A DNA stretch of 23,520 nucleotides. Origin: Macrostomum lignano (lineage: Eukaryota). How positions within the stretch are numbered: the stretch's first letter is position 1; each line of letters opens with the position of its first letter. Where the stretch lies: contig NIVC01005179.1 of the NCBI GenBank assembly GCA_002269645.1, forward strand, positions 1 through 23,520, written 5' to 3'. Below the pieces are notes generated by a model. The model worked only from the letters and a program-made list of their open reading frames with translations, made no database searches and had not been told where the DNA came from. Position numbers and translations under genes: made by a program. Shown in pieces: positions 19,813 to 23,520 of the stretch.

Positions 19813-20974
19813 TCTGTAGCTCAGGTGCTTCTCTGGGAGCTCTGTGGGAATTTTTAAACAGCGCAGTTGGAGCAGTTAGAGATATCTTCTTTATTATACA
19901 GTTTGAGCCATTTTTCTTTCAAATCATTTCATACGATGAAGCATCCAGGGAAACTGCGCTTTCATTCTGAATGAATGACGCAGCCTTTGCATGCCAGTCT
20001 CGCTTGGATTGTCAGATAGACTCCAACCACCAGCATATCTGCAAAACAGCAGTGTTTCTTCTCTCAGAGTAAATATAGCTTTTGCAGCAGAATGCGTCTT
20101 ATTTGCAACTGATTTCGGCAAACGCACGCAAGCAAATGGGTTTAGAGAATTTTCTGGGGTTCATAGTCTATAGAAAACGAATTCGTCACTTTTGCGATAG
20201 ATTTCGGCAAAGCTGACTTGATAACAGACAAAAATTTCATGGCGCAGCCTGGCAACTATGCGTAAATTTCTCGACTCCATCGGCAGAGATTGATCAATGG
20301 AGAGATAGTGCACTTGCAAGCCGTGCTTCAGTCCCATTGTTTAGCGATTTGACGATCATTGTTTGCATTTTCATGCAGAAAAATTCATTACTGCGGATCA
20401 TCAAACAGAAAAGCAATGTAAAGAATCAGCGGTCGCAGCACGTGACAACGATTTGTCTATGGCCAAATCCAAATCCTTGACCATAGACAATCGTTGTTGG
20501 CCAATCAGCTGGGAATAAGGCTTATTCCTTTTTACTCGTAGGTCCGTTCTTGTAGTCTATGGCTAGTTTATCTGGCCGGGCCGGGCAATGGAACACGGTA
20601 GAACGTTTATTTAAGCAACAGGAAACAGTGTACGGTAAAAGTGCAACCAATACCAGAAGGATCCACGTCACCATCGATTAGTGTAGTCGAAAAAATGTCA
20701 GTCAAATTCAACGCGAATCTTGTTTGTCTCACCGCTGGTTTTGATGCGTCGCGCTTTTTTGCCAGATGGCTGCTCAACACACAAAGCGACAGTCGGAGAA
20801 GCTGCTTACATCCGGACAGACTTGACAGGCACAGCTGGTCTGGCCGAATTAATGATGAAGTCTGTAGTAAACCTTTCTTGCTCCACAGAAACGCCGATGT
20901 AACATGGATTCGCCCTGGTCAATAAATGCAGCCCTCAGCCACTCTGGGGACCAAACAAATGAATCCATGGTGAG

Positions 20975-21146
20975 TGATACCAAATACGTCAACAGCCGAC
21001 AGCATCATCTCAGGACATTTCAAGAGACGGGCAGAGTTGAAACGCAGCCAAAAAGAGGGAACCGGCTGAAGGTGATACAAGAAAACATGCAGAAGGCGTT
21101 GTTAAACTGGCTCTCACACAACGGCTACGTCGACCCGAATGCTTGA
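20975..21146 (+). pseudogene. Tc1/IS630-like transposase DNA-binding region fragment
   Basis: LRTFQETGRVETQPKRGNRLKVIQENMQKALLNWL resembles the F.ETG.V..RPR.GR..K linker after the first HTH of Tc1-type transposases. No DDE domain or TIRs seen. Confidence 0.4.
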
Positions 21147-21270
21147 TTTCCTGACTGACCGGTTTCCTGACGCAGATACTACTCATAGTATGACAGGTTG
21201 TGCGATTTTTGCTAGATAAATTCAGTGCTAAAAAATCTGAAAAACCTCCATCTCGCTAATGAACAATGAA

Positions 21271-21384
21271 GATCAGTAAAGATCAGTGAACATCAGTGAA
21301 CATCCGTGAACATCAGTGAACATCCGTGAACATCCGTGAACATCAGTGAACATCCGTGAACATCCGTGAACATCAGTGAACATC
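21271..21384. repeat. 10-bp tandem repeat (CATCAGTGAA/CATCCGTGAA) x11
   Basis: Exact 10-bp period. Confidence 0.95.
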
Positions 21385-21851
21385 TGCTCAGCCGGACTTT
21401 AGGTCTTTAAAAAGTGGCTGTCAGAATTTCCATGATGAGGAATCAAAGCCATTTTATTAAAGCAAATTCACTGCCGATAGGAAACTCAGCTGCACTAGAA
21501 AAAGTAGAAAAGCGAACAGGAAAAAGAACTGGCTAAAAGCACTCAAGCAGACTGGGCGAACAGAGGCAAAAGCAAAGCAATTAACAAAATTCGAAAGCAG
21601 TTATCAGCAAATCGATTTTGTAATCAGGATATCGTAAGGACTTATTGAACAGGACTATTGGGTTAATGGCATAATCAGCACTAAACCGGTAATGTATTTG
21701 CTAACAAAGAGTAAACAGGTAATTGTCACTTTGATACCAAAGCCACTTGAGAAAAATTATTATGGCAAGTCGGTTCTTTTTAAATGAACATTTTTTTGTT
21801 ATTTCTAGCCGCTAAATAATCGCAAATTAACTTTTCATTGATGAATCAACT

Positions 21852-23253
21852 TTATTGCAAGATGGCGAACCGTGTTATTGCAAGATGGCGAACCGTGTTA
21901 TTGCAAGATGGCGCCCCCATGTTACAGCAAGATAGCGCCCCGTGTTACAGCAAGATGGCGCCCCGTGTTATTGCAAGATGGCGCCCCGTGTTATTGCAAC
22001 ATGAGGCCCCGTGTTACTGCAAGATGGCGCCCCCATGTTACAGCAAGATGGCGCCCCGTGTTATTGCAAGATGGCGTCCCGTGTTATTGCAACATGAGGC
22101 CCCGTGTTACTGCAAGATGGCGCCCCGTGTTATTGCAAGATGGCGCCCCGTGTTATTGCAAGATGGCGTCCCGTGTTATTGCAACATGAGGCCCCGTGTT
22201 ACTGCAAGATAGCGCCCCGTGTTATTGCAAGATGGCGTCCCGTGTTATTGCAAGATAGCGCCCCGTGTTACTGCAAGATAGCGCCCCGTGTTATTGCAAG
22301 ATGGCGCCCCGTGTTATTGCAACATGAGGCCCCGTGTTACTGCAAGATGGCGCCCCCATGTTACAGCAAGATGGCGCCCCGTGTTATTGCAAGATGGCGT
22401 CCCGTGTTATTGCAACATGAGGCCCCGTGTTACTGCAAGATGGCGCCCGTATTATTGCAAGATGGCGCCCCGTGTTATTGCAAGATGGCGTCCCGTGTTA
22501 TTGCAACATGAGGCCCCGTGTTACTGCAAGATAGCGCCCTGTGTTATTGCAAGATGGCGCCCCGTGTTACTGCAAGATAGCGCCCCGTGTTATTGCAAGA
22601 TGGCGCCCCGTGTTATTGCAAGATGGCGCCCCGTGTTATTGCAAGATGGCGCCCCGTGTTATTGCAAGATGGTGCCCCGTGTTACTGTAAGATGGCGCCC
22701 CGTGTTATTGCAACATGAGGCCCCGTGTTACTGCAAGATGGCGCCCGTGTTATTGCAAGATGGCGCCCCGTGTTATTGCAAGATGGCGCTCCGTGTTATT
22801 GCAAGATGGCGCTCCGTGTTATTGCAAGATGGCGCCCCGTGTTATTGCAAGATGGCGCTCCGTGTTATTGCAAGATGGCGCCCCGTGTTATTGCAAGATG
22901 GCGCCCCGTGTTATTGCAAGATGGTGCCCGTGTTACTGTAAGATGGCGCCCCGTGTTATTGCAACATGAGGCCCCGTGTTACTGCAAGATGGCGCCCCGT
23001 GTTATTGCAAGATGGCGCCCCGTGTTATTGCAAGATGGCGCTCCGTGTTATTGCAAGATGGCGCCCCGTGTTATTGCAAGATGGCGCTCCGTGTTATTGC
23101 AAGATGGCGCCCCGTGTTACTGTAAGATGGCGCCCCGTGTTATTGCAAGATGGCGCCCCGTGTTATTGCAAGATGGCGCCCCGTGTTATTGCAAGATGGC
23201 GCCCCGTGTTATTGCAAGATGGTGCCCCGTGTTACTGCAAGATGGCGCCCCCA
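21852..23253. repeat. 23-bp satellite (GTTATTGCAAGATGGCGCCCCGT)n, about 60 copies
   Basis: Direct tandem repeats. They generate the repetitive ORFs 21838..23414. Confidence 0.98.
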
Positions 23254-23258
23254 TGGGC

Positions 23259-23520
23259 TCAGTACTCCCACAGGAGGCTTCCGTGATCTCCGTCGGCCCG
23301 AACCGTGCCGTTCTGTTCAGACACGAACGTAGCAGCCGTTGTGGGCGAAGAATGGCCACCCGTGACCGGCTGTGGAACTGGAAGATGAACTCCTCGCGGG
23401 GCTGCGCCCTTTGAACGAGATGCTGAAGTCACCCTGGATGATCCAGTAGCGCCTCGGGCCTTTTGCGGCGCAGATGGGTTTAGGCAGAGTGCTGCTCAAA
23501 ACTGAAGGAGTTTCCTACTG
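23259..23520 (-). pseudogene. Fascin-like C-terminal coding segment with multiple frameshifts
   Basis: Pieced across frames on the minus strand: FSFEQHSA / ICAAKGPRRYWIIQGDFSISFKGRSP / EEFIFQFHSRSRVAI / FAHNGCYVR / SEQNGTVRADGDHGSLLWEY*. This matches the last beta-trefoil of fascin, which ends in LWEY. The gene would continue beyond the window. Confidence 0.75.

Noticed and set aside
21838-23414. Long Cys/Arg-rich ORFs (MLLQDGAPCYCK...)
   Set aside because: They are translations of a 23-bp satellite cycling through all three frames, with no independent coding evidence.
1-23520. Naming the host species
   Set aside because: The composition and repeat style are reminiscent of a free-living flatworm such as Macrostomum, but nothing in the window is diagnostic, so no taxon is claimed.

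Overview
Eukaryotic (metazoan, probably invertebrate) genomic DNA rich in tandem repeats; there is no prokaryotic operon or CRISPR structure. The main result is a cluster of three two-exon genes for small secreted cystine-knot (knottin/ICK, toxin-like) peptides. None of the three is predicted correctly by the ORF track; I assembled each by hand from a signal-peptide exon, a phase-1 GT-AG intron and a C-X6-C-X5-CC-X3/4-C-X10/12-C exon. ICK-1 is (-) join 5178..5118, 4450..4215; ICK-2 is (+) join 5406..5457, 5952..6091, head-to-head with ICK-1; ICK-3 is (+) join 13684..13750, 16785..16927, with a 2.9-kb satellite in its intron. They are interleaved with two inverted near-identical secreted fibrinogen-related-domain (FReD) genes, (+) 7138..8372 and (-) 18683..19812, whose differences concentrate in the presumed ligand-binding region. 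The rest is decayed mobile DNA (a 5'-truncated RT+RNase H non-LTR retrotransposon inside a hexamer microsatellite, an internal fragment of a DIRS-order/Ngaro-like tyrosine-recombinase retrotransposon, THAP-like and Tc1-like scraps), many satellites and minisatellites, and a frameshifted fascin C-terminus at the right edge. All family assignments come from motif recognition by eye; no database search was run.
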